A stretch of 24,454 nucleotides of DNA, taken from a virus (lineage: Duplodnaviria > Caudoviricetes). The DNA lies in the IMG/VR virus record IMGVR_UViG_3300028393_000318, positions 1 to 24,454 of that record; one strand, 5' to 3'. Both the position numbers and the translations under genes were made by a program. Each line of letters starts with the position of its first letter. The first letter of the stretch is position 1. The notes beneath the pieces are model-generated. The model made no database searches. It was given only the letters and a program-made list of their open reading frames with translations, and was not told where the DNA came from. This document shows, one piece after another, positions 1 through 6,889 of this stretch.

Positions 1-51
1 GGTGTTATTGATTTTGCTAGAGCAATACTAAGAAAGGCGCAAGAGCAATGA
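1..51 (+). CDS. 3' end of small hypothetical protein (...GVIDFARAILRKAQEQ*), truncated by window edge
   Basis: Frame 1 is open to TGA 49-51, which overlaps ATG 48. The C-terminus nearly matches that of ORF 48-392. Confidence 0.8.
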   Translation, partial: GVIDFARAILRKAQEQ

Positions 52-392
52 ACAATAAACCAGTAGCGTGGATGTATGAAAAACCTAATGGGGCATCAAA
101 GCTATCTTTTGTTAAAGAAAAAATGCTTTGGGAAGATATGACTGAAACTCCACTCTATGCCCATCCAGCAAAGTATTGCCCATCAGAAAACAACGAGGCT
201 TATGAAAAAGGATTTATTGATGGCATGGCTAAGATGACTGAATCTGCAGTGCATCGTGCTGTTGTGGGTATGGCAGTAAAAGAACTAACAGATGAAGAAA
301 TAAACACAGAGATGCTTGCGTATTTAAACTCAAAAACAATGGGCTTGGAAGATTTTGCCAAAGCCATACTAAGAAAGGCACAAGAGAAATGA
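48..392 (+). CDS. Mosaic phage hypothetical protein (PVAW...PLY N-module; LTDEEI...FAKAILRKAQEK C-module)
   Basis: 114-aa ORF with ATGA coupling at both ends and motifs typical of small early phage proteins. Confidence 0.85.
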   Translation: MNNKPVAWMYEKPNGASKLSFVKEKMLWEDMTETPLYAHPAKYCPSENNEAYEKGFIDGMAKMTESAVHRAVVGMAVKELTDEEINTEMLAYLNSKTMGLEDFAKAILRKAQEK

Positions 393-550
393 AGACTATA
401 AAGTTAAAGAAAGATGATAAAACATTCCATCAGTTTATTGTGCCTGACTCGGTATTAGCTCTTGCTGAGAAACTTGGCATAGATAAAAATCAATACATAA
501 TAGAACGAGCCAAGGTAGAGCTAGAAGAAAGAAAGGCACAAGAGAAATGA
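389..550 (+). CDS. Hypothetical protein, 53 aa (MKTIKLKKDD...ELEERKAQEK), not in ORF track
   Basis: Manual translation. It starts and ends inside the junction repeat with ATGA overlaps. Confidence 0.8.
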   Translation: MKTIKLKKDDKTFHQFIVPDSVLALAEKLGIDKNQYIIERAKVELEERKAQEK

Positions 551-711
551 CCACATTCACAACCGAAGACAGGCTACATGCGGGGGAATACCCTTTAACC
601 GATGAGCAAATTAACGAGATATTAGAGTCGTTGGATGTGTATATTGACACTCATGCAGGTGTTATGCAGTTCGCCCGTGCCATTGAACGCGCCCACGGAA
701 TAGGTGAATGA
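547..711 (+). CDS. Hypothetical protein, 54 aa (MTTFTTEDRL...LTDEQI...FARAIERAHGIGE), not in ORF track
   Basis: Manual translation. ATGA overlaps at both ends; shares the LTDE-I...FARAI module with the upstream ORFs. Confidence 0.8.
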   Translation: MTTFTTEDRLHAGEYPLTDEQINEILESLDVYIDTHAGVMQFARAIERAHGIGE

Positions 712-833
712 GCTTTACCATTTACCAGGCAGACGGACGCAAGTGTATTCAATGGTTCTTTAATATAGAAGAACTTATTAAAGCAATGATTAACAACCCT
801 AACGATAGGTATCACCGTAATGTTAATGCTTAA
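708..833 (+). CDS. Hypothetical protein, 41 aa (MSFTIYQADGRKCIQWFF...)
   Basis: Manual translation. ATGA overlap with the previous stop; fills the gap to ORF 820. Confidence 0.65.
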   Translation: MSFTIYQADGRKCIQWFFNIEELIKAMINNPNDRYHRNVNA

Positions 834-1032
834 ATGGTCAGGAACGGCTCTGTGCCTCATAGGGATAGCTTTAACCAGTTTTAATATCTACCCAGCCAAT
901 ATTTTTTTTGGCTTGGTAGGGAGCGTTTTATGGACGTTTGCGGGCTTTCTACAACAGGATGCTCCGTTATTTTTAGTTGAGGCAGTAGCAGTATTTATTT
1001 ATATAACAGGAGTCATAGCATGGTTGATGTAA
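820..1032 (+). CDS. Small ~3-TM membrane protein
   Basis: 70 aa, almost entirely hydrophobic, with three helix-length segments separated by YP and QQDAP turns. Confidence 0.8.
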   Translation: MLMLKWSGTALCLIGIALTSFNIYPANIFFGLVGSVLWTFAGFLQQDAPLFLVEAVAVFIYITGVIAWLM

Positions 1033-1397
1033 AACGAGTGAACCATTACAAGATTGAAGACGCAATCATGCGTTTTTGGAATGTAAAGGATCATATTAAA
1101 TTATTGACTGAGAAGTACATAGATCATCCAACACCAATGACTGAGGATGAGATGTGGAATCAGCTATCTGCATTAGAGGCTATGGTTGAACTTTACATTG
1201 ACGCTGGCATGGACACCTACTGCAAGGTGTTTGAGCTAAACGAATACGCATCGGATGAAGTAAAAGCAAACCGGGCTGAATGGGTGAAAAACATAACCAA
1301 GAACCAAGATTCTTGGGAAAAATTATTTATGAGTACAACGAGGGTAGTCAAAAAGAAAGGTAAAAAAAATGCAAACTCCATCAAGCAACGAAGATAA
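1020..1397 (+). CDS. Hypothetical protein (helical, basic C-terminal tail)
   Basis: 125-aa ORF with GGAG RBS at 1009-1012. Confidence 0.75.
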   Translation: MVDVKRVNHYKIEDAIMRFWNVKDHIKLLTEKYIDHPTPMTEDEMWNQLSALEAMVELYIDAGMDTYCKVFELNEYASDEVKANRAEWVKNITKNQDSWEKLFMSTTRVVKKKGKKNANSIKQRR

Positions 1398-1848
1398 ACT
1401 TGCCTGGTGCAAGCAAGGAGAGAATCTTGAAAAAGATTTTATTGTAAGGTCTTTTGATAGCGGTATATCTGTTATCAAAAACCCAACAAAAAACCTAGAC
1501 AAATATACGCATGACTTATATGCCATATTTCAGTCTGATTTGAAGTCAATTAAAACTCCATTCAATACTGCTGGGCGATATGGAATAGATGCAAAGTATG
1601 CAATAACTATTAATAAAAAAGATGTTGTAAGGTACAAGAGCTTATATCCAAACATTATGCTGCTATTGGATATAGATTACCCATCTTACAAGGGCGTTAG
1701 ACTTGCGTCAATCAATAGAATTTCATGGCTTATAGAGCATGATCGAGCTAAGACACATACCTACAAAGATAGGGTTGATGATATAAACGGCAACGCAAAA
1801 GATAGTTATGTGTTTGATTTAAGATGGTTTGATGAGGTGAAATTATGA
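1369..1848 (+). CDS. Putative PD-(D/E)XK restriction-endonuclease-like nuclease
   Basis: Motif order G-x-x-x-E (GENLE), HDL, then SDLK fits PD-(D/E)XK motifs I-III. AAGAAAGG RBS upstream. The ORF is solid; the function is inferred. Confidence 0.5.
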   Translation: MQTPSSNEDKLAWCKQGENLEKDFIVRSFDSGISVIKNPTKNLDKYTHDLYAIFQSDLKSIKTPFNTAGRYGIDAKYAITINKKDVVRYKSLYPNIMLLLDIDYPSYKGVRLASINRISWLIEHDRAKTHTYKDRVDDINGNAKDSYVFDLRWFDEVKL

Positions 1849-2207
1849 AAGATTATCAAAAAGGATATTGGCAGGGGTACTGGTCTGGATCATTGATTGG
1901 AATTATTGCTTGTATAGTTGGACTATACGTCGGCACTTATTCTAGGACGGCTTGCGCCCAGGTGCAAAGCTGGGAAACCAGTCCACAGAACTGGCGTAAC
2001 AGCGAGCAGAATTGGGAAAACAGCTCACAGAATTACAATAATAGCCCGCAGAATTGGAATAACAATCCAAACAATTATTATTCAAACAATGGGGTTTACG
2101 ATAATAGCGGAAGACGCATGGGGTATGAAACAATAAACCCTAGCGGAGTAAGAAATTACTACGACGATCATGGAACCAGAAGAGGATATAACCCATATGG
2201 AAGATAA
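1845..2207 (+). CDS. Exported or membrane-anchored protein with Asn-rich 7-aa repeats
   Basis: Hydrophobic segment SLIGIIACIVGLYVG and an A-C-A|Q-like cleavage site, followed by SWETSPQ/NWRNSEQ/NWENSSQ/NYNNSPQ/NWNNNPN. Confidence 0.8.
   Translation: MKDYQKGYWQGYWSGSLIGIIACIVGLYVGTYSRTACAQVQSWETSPQNWRNSEQNWENSSQNYNNSPQNWNNNPNNYYSNNGVYDNSGRRMGYETINPSGVRNYYDDHGTRRGYNPYGR
1968..2090 (+). repeat. Degenerate 21-bp tandem coding repeat (~5-6 units)
   Basis: CAGAA(C/T)T(G/A) recurs every 21 nt. Confidence 0.8.
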
Positions 2208-2373
2208 AATAGTTGACTATGTGCAACCACTGTTAAAATTAAAACAAAACATTAAAAAATTAGAAGATGCTCTACTAGAAAAAGACATTAAAACAGTAGA
2301 GTTTGTAATTGAACAAAACATGATTGAGAACATTCTGCTGCGTAACTGGATCCGATATGATAATCACCAATAA
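2197..2373 (+). CDS. Small helical hypothetical protein (58 aa)
   Basis: ATG 2197 preferred over 2170 because GAGG lies upstream and the overlap with the previous gene is smaller. Confidence 0.7.
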   Translation: MEDKIVDYVQPLLKLKQNIKKLEDALLEKDIKTVEFVIEQNMIENILLRNWIRYDNHQ

Positions 2374-3238
2374 ATATAATTTACCCAAGACATTCATGAA
2401 CATCATGAATCGCCCAAGCTATACTAGAGGGGCTGCACACATTTCTGCTACCGGATTGTTGAGTAGCCCTAGGATTGTTCAGCTAACCAATAAACACGAT
2501 GATGAAATTGTTGTGGATGTAACGGATCAGATTTGGTCTATTTACGGCACAGCAATTCATAGTGTACTTGAGCATGGACGGGACGACAATCACATTGTAG
2601 AAGAGCGTTTACATGCTGATCTTGATGGATGGAAGATCTCTGGAGCAATTGATCTGCAAATAATCCACCAAAATGGCGTAGAGATTAACGACTATAAGAA
2701 TGTAGGCGTATGGTCTGTAATGAATGAGAAGATTGAATGGGAACAGCAGTTAAACATCTACGCCTGGCTGGTTGAGACTATTAAACAAACACCAGTTGTA
2801 AAGCTTGCTATTGTGGCTATCATCCGTGATTGGAGTCGTCGTGATGCAAAGAACAAACCAAACTACCCAGAGGCTCCAGTTGCTGTTATTGATGTCAAAC
2901 TCTGGCCGATGGCAGAGCGCGAGTGTTTTATTCGTACAAGAATTCATATTCATTCTGAGGGCAAGTTTGCAACAGATGCAAATGAAGAGTTACCATTATG
3001 TACACCCGCTGAAATGTGGGAAAAGCCAACGACTTATGCAGTAAAAAAAGAAGGTGCAGCAAGAGCAAAATCAGTCCACGGCGATCTAGAAGAGGCTGAA
3101 GAGGCAACATTAAAAGCTGGTAAAGGATATGCGTTAGAGGTTAGAGAAGGGGAGCGTACTCGATGTGCTAATTTCTGCCAGGTAGCGCCATTCTGTAGTC
3201 AGTACAAGAGTTACTTAGAGGAAAGAAATGGCAACTAA
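2357..3238 (+). CDS. PD-(D/E)XK (Cas4/RecB-like) phage recombination exonuclease
   Basis: ISAT...PR, GTAIHSVLE, SGAIDL, INDYK and QQLNIY motifs, with a C-terminal CxxxCxxxxxC. Lies near the SSAP. Start taken as ATG 2357 (MIITNKY). Confidence 0.85.
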   Translation: MIITNKYNLPKTFMNIMNRPSYTRGAAHISATGLLSSPRIVQLTNKHDDEIVVDVTDQIWSIYGTAIHSVLEHGRDDNHIVEERLHADLDGWKISGAIDLQIIHQNGVEINDYKNVGVWSVMNEKIEWEQQLNIYAWLVETIKQTPVVKLAIVAIIRDWSRRDAKNKPNYPEAPVAVIDVKLWPMAERECFIRTRIHIHSEGKFATDANEELPLCTPAEMWEKPTTYAVKKEGAARAKSVHGDLEEAEEATLKAGKGYALEVREGERTRCANFCQVAPFCSQYKSYLEERNGN

Positions 3239-3485
3239 AGCAATACGCAAAAAAGTTACCAAGCCCGACTTCATTCCAATTGGAGTTACCCCGCTGGATA
3301 CAGGTAAGGTCAAGATAGGAATTTATTATGAGAAACCAAGGTATGTTGAGTATGACCCCGATATGCTAGAAATTCAGAAATGGATGATTGGTGATCCAGT
3401 AAAGTTGCGTAGAGAATACTGGATAAATGTGGCATATATTTTGGGATTGGTTTTTGTATTGTTGGTAATTATTTTAAGGGGGTAA
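3228..3485 (+). CDS. Hypothetical protein with C-terminal TM anchor
   Basis: 85 aa, ending INVAYILGLVFVLLVIILRG. Confidence 0.75.
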   Translation: MATKAIRKKVTKPDFIPIGVTPLDTGKVKIGIYYEKPRYVEYDPDMLEIQKWMIGDPVKLRREYWINVAYILGLVFVLLVIILRG

Positions 3486-3487
3486 AC

Positions 3488-3742
3488 ATGAAAGCAAATG
3501 ACCATCAAATAGGAGGAGATCACTATGCTAGAAACGCTATACAGCCTTGGGATTACATTGTATCCAATGAACTTGGCTACCTTGAGGGAAACATTATCAA
3601 GTACACCACCCGTTGGAGAAGAAAAGGCGGAATTGACGACCTTAGAAAAGTCATCCACTACGCAGAAAAGTTAATTGAAGTAGAAACATTAATAAAACTA
3701 AAAGAGGAACATGATGGAATACAAACAACTACGAGAGATTGA
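3488..3742 (+). CDS. DUF3310 / SaV-like protein (T7 gp1.7 nucleotide-kinase-related family)
   Basis: Signature Q-I-G-G-x-H-Y...QPWD...GNIIKY..R...KGG..DL.K...Y. Confidence 0.88.
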   Translation: MKANDHQIGGDHYARNAIQPWDYIVSNELGYLEGNIIKYTTRWRRKGGIDDLRKVIHYAEKLIEVETLIKLKEEHDGIQTTTRD

Positions 3743-4439
3743 TGTCTCTAAATACACGGAGAAAAAGAATGGGCTTACATACCTTTCATGGGCATGGGCG
3801 GTTGACCAGCTACTGTTATCTGATCCAAAAGCTTACTGGTTTTATTCAGAACCTAAACACTGGGGCGAAACAGTAATGGTATTTTGTACCGTAGTTTCAA
3901 ATGATGTAGCCCGTACAGCACAGTTACCAGTGATGGATTATCGCAATAAAGCAATACCTAACCCAGATGCATTCGCAGTTAACACGGCTATGCAACGCTG
4001 TTTGGCTAAGGCTATTGCCCTGCATGGCATTGGGCTATACATATACAACGGCGAGGACGTTCCCCCTGAGCTTGGTATTGATGTAAAGCAAGATGCACCA
4101 AAAAAGCCTGAGCCAGCAGTCAAATCAGCCTATAAGACTGTTGGCGTAACTCCCGATCCAAAACCACCAGTTAAAGTAGAGCCAGCACCTAAGCCAGCAC
4201 CAGTTAAAGGATGGACTCTATCTGCTGACCATCAAGAGTTTGGTAGTCCTGAGTGGGTGTTAGCAATTAAAGGTGGTGCAGAGGCTGCGTTAGCTCTTGC
4301 AAGTACGGTAGACGATGTAGCAAACATCTTTAAAAACAATCGAGTCTCTTTTGACAAGATTGAAGAAGTAGATAAGAACGCTTATGCGGATCTTATGAGT
4401 AATTTTTCATCAACAAAAAAGTCATTAACTAAGGAGTAA
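3711..4439 (+). CDS. Sak3/DUF1071 Rad52-like single-strand annealing protein
   Basis: EKK..LTYLSWAWA, LPVMDYRNKAI, AVNTAMQRCLAKAIALHGIGLYIY.GED.P, then a Pro/Lys-rich linker and C-domain. Start may be 3714. Confidence 0.9.
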   Translation: MMEYKQLREIDVSKYTEKKNGLTYLSWAWAVDQLLLSDPKAYWFYSEPKHWGETVMVFCTVVSNDVARTAQLPVMDYRNKAIPNPDAFAVNTAMQRCLAKAIALHGIGLYIYNGEDVPPELGIDVKQDAPKKPEPAVKSAYKTVGVTPDPKPPVKVEPAPKPAPVKGWTLSADHQEFGSPEWVLAIKGGAEAALALASTVDDVANIFKNNRVSFDKIEEVDKNAYADLMSNFSSTKKSLTKE

Positions 4440-4444
4440 TACAC

Positions 4445-4690
4445 ATGGCATACCCAAACAAAGGTACATTAAATGTATCAAAAAACAAGAAAAGCGAGAA
4501 AGCCCCAGATTGGTACGGCGATCTTAAGATTGATCCGTCTTATTTAGAGAATTTAGCCCCAGATGCAGATGGTTTAGTTGTTGTAAAGCTATCAGCCTGG
4601 GATCGTACTTACCCAAATACTGGCAATAAGTTTTTGTCTTTAGCCGTGGATACCTATGTAAAACCAGAGGAGAAATTACCTTATGAATAA
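4445..4690 (+). CDS. Small putative ssDNA-binding protein (DUF736-like)
   Basis: G-x-L...K..EKAPDW.G...LSAW......G.KFLSL pattern, directly after the SSAP. AAGGAG RBS. Confidence 0.65.
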   Translation: MAYPNKGTLNVSKNKKSEKAPDWYGDLKIDPSYLENLAPDADGLVVVKLSAWDRTYPNTGNKFLSLAVDTYVKPEEKLPYE

Positions 4691-4916
4691 CGCACAAAAA
4701 CCAGCAGTAATTGCCAAGAAACGTGGCCGTCCAGCTGGAGTTAAGAATAAATCTGTAGCTTATGTACCAGCAAAAATTGATTGGGAAAAGCTTGCTAAGC
4801 AATTACAGGTGGCTCTTGCCTCTCAGATCAAGGATAACGATATTCTTGAGGCAGAACTATCCAGAAAGCGTACTCTCTGGGAGCGTTTAGTTTGCCTAGG
4901 AACTGGAACCGTATAA
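4683..4916 (+). CDS. Hypothetical protein with AT-hook-like motif and coiled coil
   Basis: KKRGRPAG followed by a heptad-like helix. Confidence 0.7.
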   Translation: MNNAQKPAVIAKKRGRPAGVKNKSVAYVPAKIDWEKLAKQLQVALASQIKDNDILEAELSRKRTLWERLVCLGTGTV

Positions 4917-5330
4917 ATGGAAACTAGCCAATTTGAGGCTAAAAAGGTAGCTCTCAAGCAGACCAAGGACGGTCATGTACTTACCCTAGCAATTCACCCT
5001 GATGAGTCTCCAGACGAGATTCTGAGGGATTTTGTGGGGTCTAGGTATATGGTTGTCATGGTCAGGCTAGGGGATGCCGAAGAGCCAATGAACCGAGAAG
5101 AGTTTGCGGGCGCGCAAATGGTAAAGCTTGCCGGAATGTTATGTAGGGATAAAGATTTTTGGAATTATCTACACGACACTGGTCAGTTATTTGAAAAAAG
5201 CGAAAATGAATGTATTAGCTGGGTTCAAAACTATCTATGCATTCAATCAAGGTCTGAACTTAAGATAAACAAAGTAGCTCAAGATGCGCTTAAAGAGTTA
5301 TACACGGAGTTTAAAGAATGGAAAAATTAA
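4917..5330 (+). CDS. Phage hypothetical protein
   Basis: 137-aa ORF abutting the previous stop; AGMLCRD..FW...C.IQSRSEL motif. Confidence 0.8.
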   Translation: METSQFEAKKVALKQTKDGHVLTLAIHPDESPDEILRDFVGSRYMVVMVRLGDAEEPMNREEFAGAQMVKLAGMLCRDKDFWNYLHDTGQLFEKSENECISWVQNYLCIQSRSELKINKVAQDALKELYTEFKEWKN

Positions 5331-5590
5331 TTCCATATAGCCTATATCTGTACCCAGAGCATGTTCAAAAAATGAGGGGCTTAGCAAAAAACCGCAAAGC
5401 TTCTGGATTTATTAGAGATGCCCTGACCGCTGCTTTTGATAAGACCGATGAATATCAAACTGGATACAACAAAGCATTGAGAGATGCTTGTGATGTTATT
5501 AGATCTACCAAAGAGGCAAAAATGATGCTTGTTCAAGAAGAACCATTGGATAAGTTTTTAATGAAACAGTTGAGGGATCTGGAGGGATAA
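5318..5590 (+). CDS. Hypothetical protein, possible ribbon-helix-helix DNA-binding N-terminus
   Basis: Strand YSLYLY followed by helix and SGFIRDAL helix. The fold call is tentative. Confidence 0.6.
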   Translation: MEKLIPYSLYLYPEHVQKMRGLAKNRKASGFIRDALTAAFDKTDEYQTGYNKALRDACDVIRSTKEAKMMLVQEEPLDKFLMKQLRDLEG

Positions 5591-5808
5591 TGTTTACTAA
5601 AGAACAAGAAGAGGCGGAAGATTTTGTCATCAAAGTTTACCAATTTTTACAACAAGAGAATCCTAAATATACAGTTTCTTTTTTTTCTTTTTTAACTCTG
5701 GCCGCAGTTATCTCACATGAAATGGGAATGAGCAGAGATGAGTTTATTCATTACGCTGATACTGTTTTAGAAAACAACAGGGATATGAAAATGTCTGAAC
5801 TACAATGA
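5590..5808 (+). CDS. Hypothetical protein
   Basis: 72 aa; TAATG overlap and GGAGG RBS. Confidence 0.75.
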   Translation: MFTKEQEEAEDFVIKVYQFLQQENPKYTVSFFSFLTLAAVISHEMGMSRDEFIHYADTVLENNRDMKMSELQ

Positions 5809-5987
5809 ACGATAAACAACACATGAGATTTTTGGCTGCTTGCTTTGCTATTGTTGGGGGCAATTCCCCAAAGATGGCTATAGCTATTGCAGATGAATTA
5901 ATAGAGGAGCTTGAAAATGAAAAAGATACTGATAATGGGATTGCTGCTGTTATCGCTAAACGTCCACGCAAAAGGAGTAATAGCTGA
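5805..5987 (+). CDS. Hypothetical protein with basic C-terminal tail
   Basis: 60 aa; ATGA overlap. Confidence 0.65.
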   Translation: MNDKQHMRFLAACFAIVGGNSPKMAIAIADELIEELENEKDTDNGIAAVIAKRPRKRSNS

Positions 5988-6207
5988 AGTTATAAACGAT
6001 AGTGGCGGTAGTATTGCCTTGACGGATATGAAATGCACCACAATTGCTGGAACTTTTATAGCTTACTCTTATGCTAAAAATGGACAATCAATACTGGGAT
6101 GTTGGTCTTCTGACGATACTAGGGTATTTGTACGCTGGTCTGATGGGGATCTGCGCTCCTATCCTATTGAATTATTTAACTTAAAACAAAAGAAAAACTA
6201 TTTATGA
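5917..6207 (+). CDS. Secreted/periplasmic small beta-rich protein
   Basis: Sec signal MKKILIMGLLLLSLNVHA|KG, two Cys, GAGGAG RBS at 5904-5909. Confidence 0.8.
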   Translation: MKKILIMGLLLLSLNVHAKGVIAEVINDSGGSIALTDMKCTTIAGTFIAYSYAKNGQSILGCWSSDDTRVFVRWSDGDLRSYPIELFNLKQKKNYL

Positions 6208-6374
6208 ACACTGCTGAAATAGAAGAGGTTATACTAGCCCTTAGAGCTGCTGGAGCTTCATGCCCGCAGTATGAAATTTTACCTGATGGAAGTTATCACT
6301 TTTTTACAAACAATGGACAAGAAATACAGAATCCTCCAGTACATAGCCCAGAATCCGGGAGTGACATCAGCTGA
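6204..6374 (+). CDS. Hypothetical protein, 56 aa (MNTAEIEEVILALRAAGASCPQYE...), not in ORF track
   Basis: ATGA overlap with the stop at 6205-6207; fills the gap before the wHTH gene. Confidence 0.55.
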   Translation: MNTAEIEEVILALRAAGASCPQYEILPDGSYHFFTNNGQEIQNPPVHSPESGSDIS

Positions 6375-6576
6375 CATCAAAGTAAATCTGAGCAGATCTT
6401 CTATTGGGGTTTACGCCCGCATGCTTTTAGATGAAGGTATTGTTCAGAAAAATGATGCTGGCGAATGGAGTTTGGCTGATGGGTACATTATGATGCCAAT
6501 AGTAAAAGAAGAAACTCCGTTAGATATTGTTGAGAAACAAATTCGTAAAATGATAGAGTTAAATGACCAAAGATGA
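6313..6576 (+). CDS. Winged-helix DNA-binding protein
   Basis: RILQYIAQNPGVT..DI...LSRSSI.....L.DEG.V.K...G.W wHTH pattern. Start taken at ATG 6313. Confidence 0.7.
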   Translation: MDKKYRILQYIAQNPGVTSADIKVNLSRSSIGVYARMLLDEGIVQKNDAGEWSLADGYIMMPIVKEETPLDIVEKQIRKMIELNDQR

Positions 6577-6862
6577 AAAGATCGCATTTGACAAGATTGC
6601 AAGACTCGGATGTATTCTCTGCTCCTCAGTCCTTGGGTTTGAAGGTAGCCCAGCAGAACTGCATCACATCAGACGGTTTGGTGGCAAAAGGTCTGCATCC
6701 CCAGTCATACCACTTTGCCCAGAGCACCATCGTGGAAACAGTGGGGTTCACGGATTGGGTGCAAAAGGTTTTGAACGTAAATGGGGAGTTACCCAGGAGG
6801 GGCTCTTGGAGAAGGTCAATCAAAGATTGGGAGACCAGACAACACCAAGGGAAACTAAATAA
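6563..6862 (+). CDS. Ref-like (recombination enhancement function) RecA-dependent HNH nuclease
   Basis: GCILC...PAELHH.R....K......IPLCPEHHRG..GVH.....FE..WG motif set. Confidence 0.8.
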   Translation: MTKDEKIAFDKIARLGCILCSSVLGFEGSPAELHHIRRFGGKRSASPVIPLCPEHHRGNSGVHGLGAKGFERKWGVTQEGLLEKVNQRLGDQTTPRETK

Positions 6863-6889
6863 ATTTCAGAAGATAGCTAGAAAGATTAT

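Larger units (their letters stand above)
10..550 (+). repeat. Gene-junction direct repeat AAGAAAGGCACAAGAGAAATGA (RKAQEK*/M), 3 copies at 30-51, 371-392 and 529-550
   Basis: 371-392 and 529-550 are identical over 22 bp; 30-51 has 2 mismatches. Copies 1 and 2 extend to 42 bp (10-51 vs 351-392, 37/42 identical). Confidence 0.92.

Noticed and set aside
30-550. Repeats as a CRISPR mini-array (a Cas4-like gene is nearby) or as integron attC sites
   Set aside because: Spacers are 319 and 136 bp and are coding. The repeats are non-palindromic and in frame. No cas1/cas2 or integrase is present.
435-860. Minus-strand ORFs 435-650 and 651-860
   Set aside because: Antisense shadows of a coupled chain of + strand ORFs (389-550, 547-711, 708-833).
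1918-2136. Alternative-frame ORFs 1918-2136 (+) and 1942-2133 (-)
   Set aside because: By-products of the 21-bp repeat in ORF 1845-2207; no RBS or independent features.
4100-4210. Short repeats (CCAGTTAAAG, AGCCAGCAC) in the SSAP gene
   Set aside because: They encode an ordinary Pro/Lys/Ala linker.
6863-6889. Expected bidirectional terminator at the convergence point
   Set aside because: No convincing stem-loop in the 27-bp gap.
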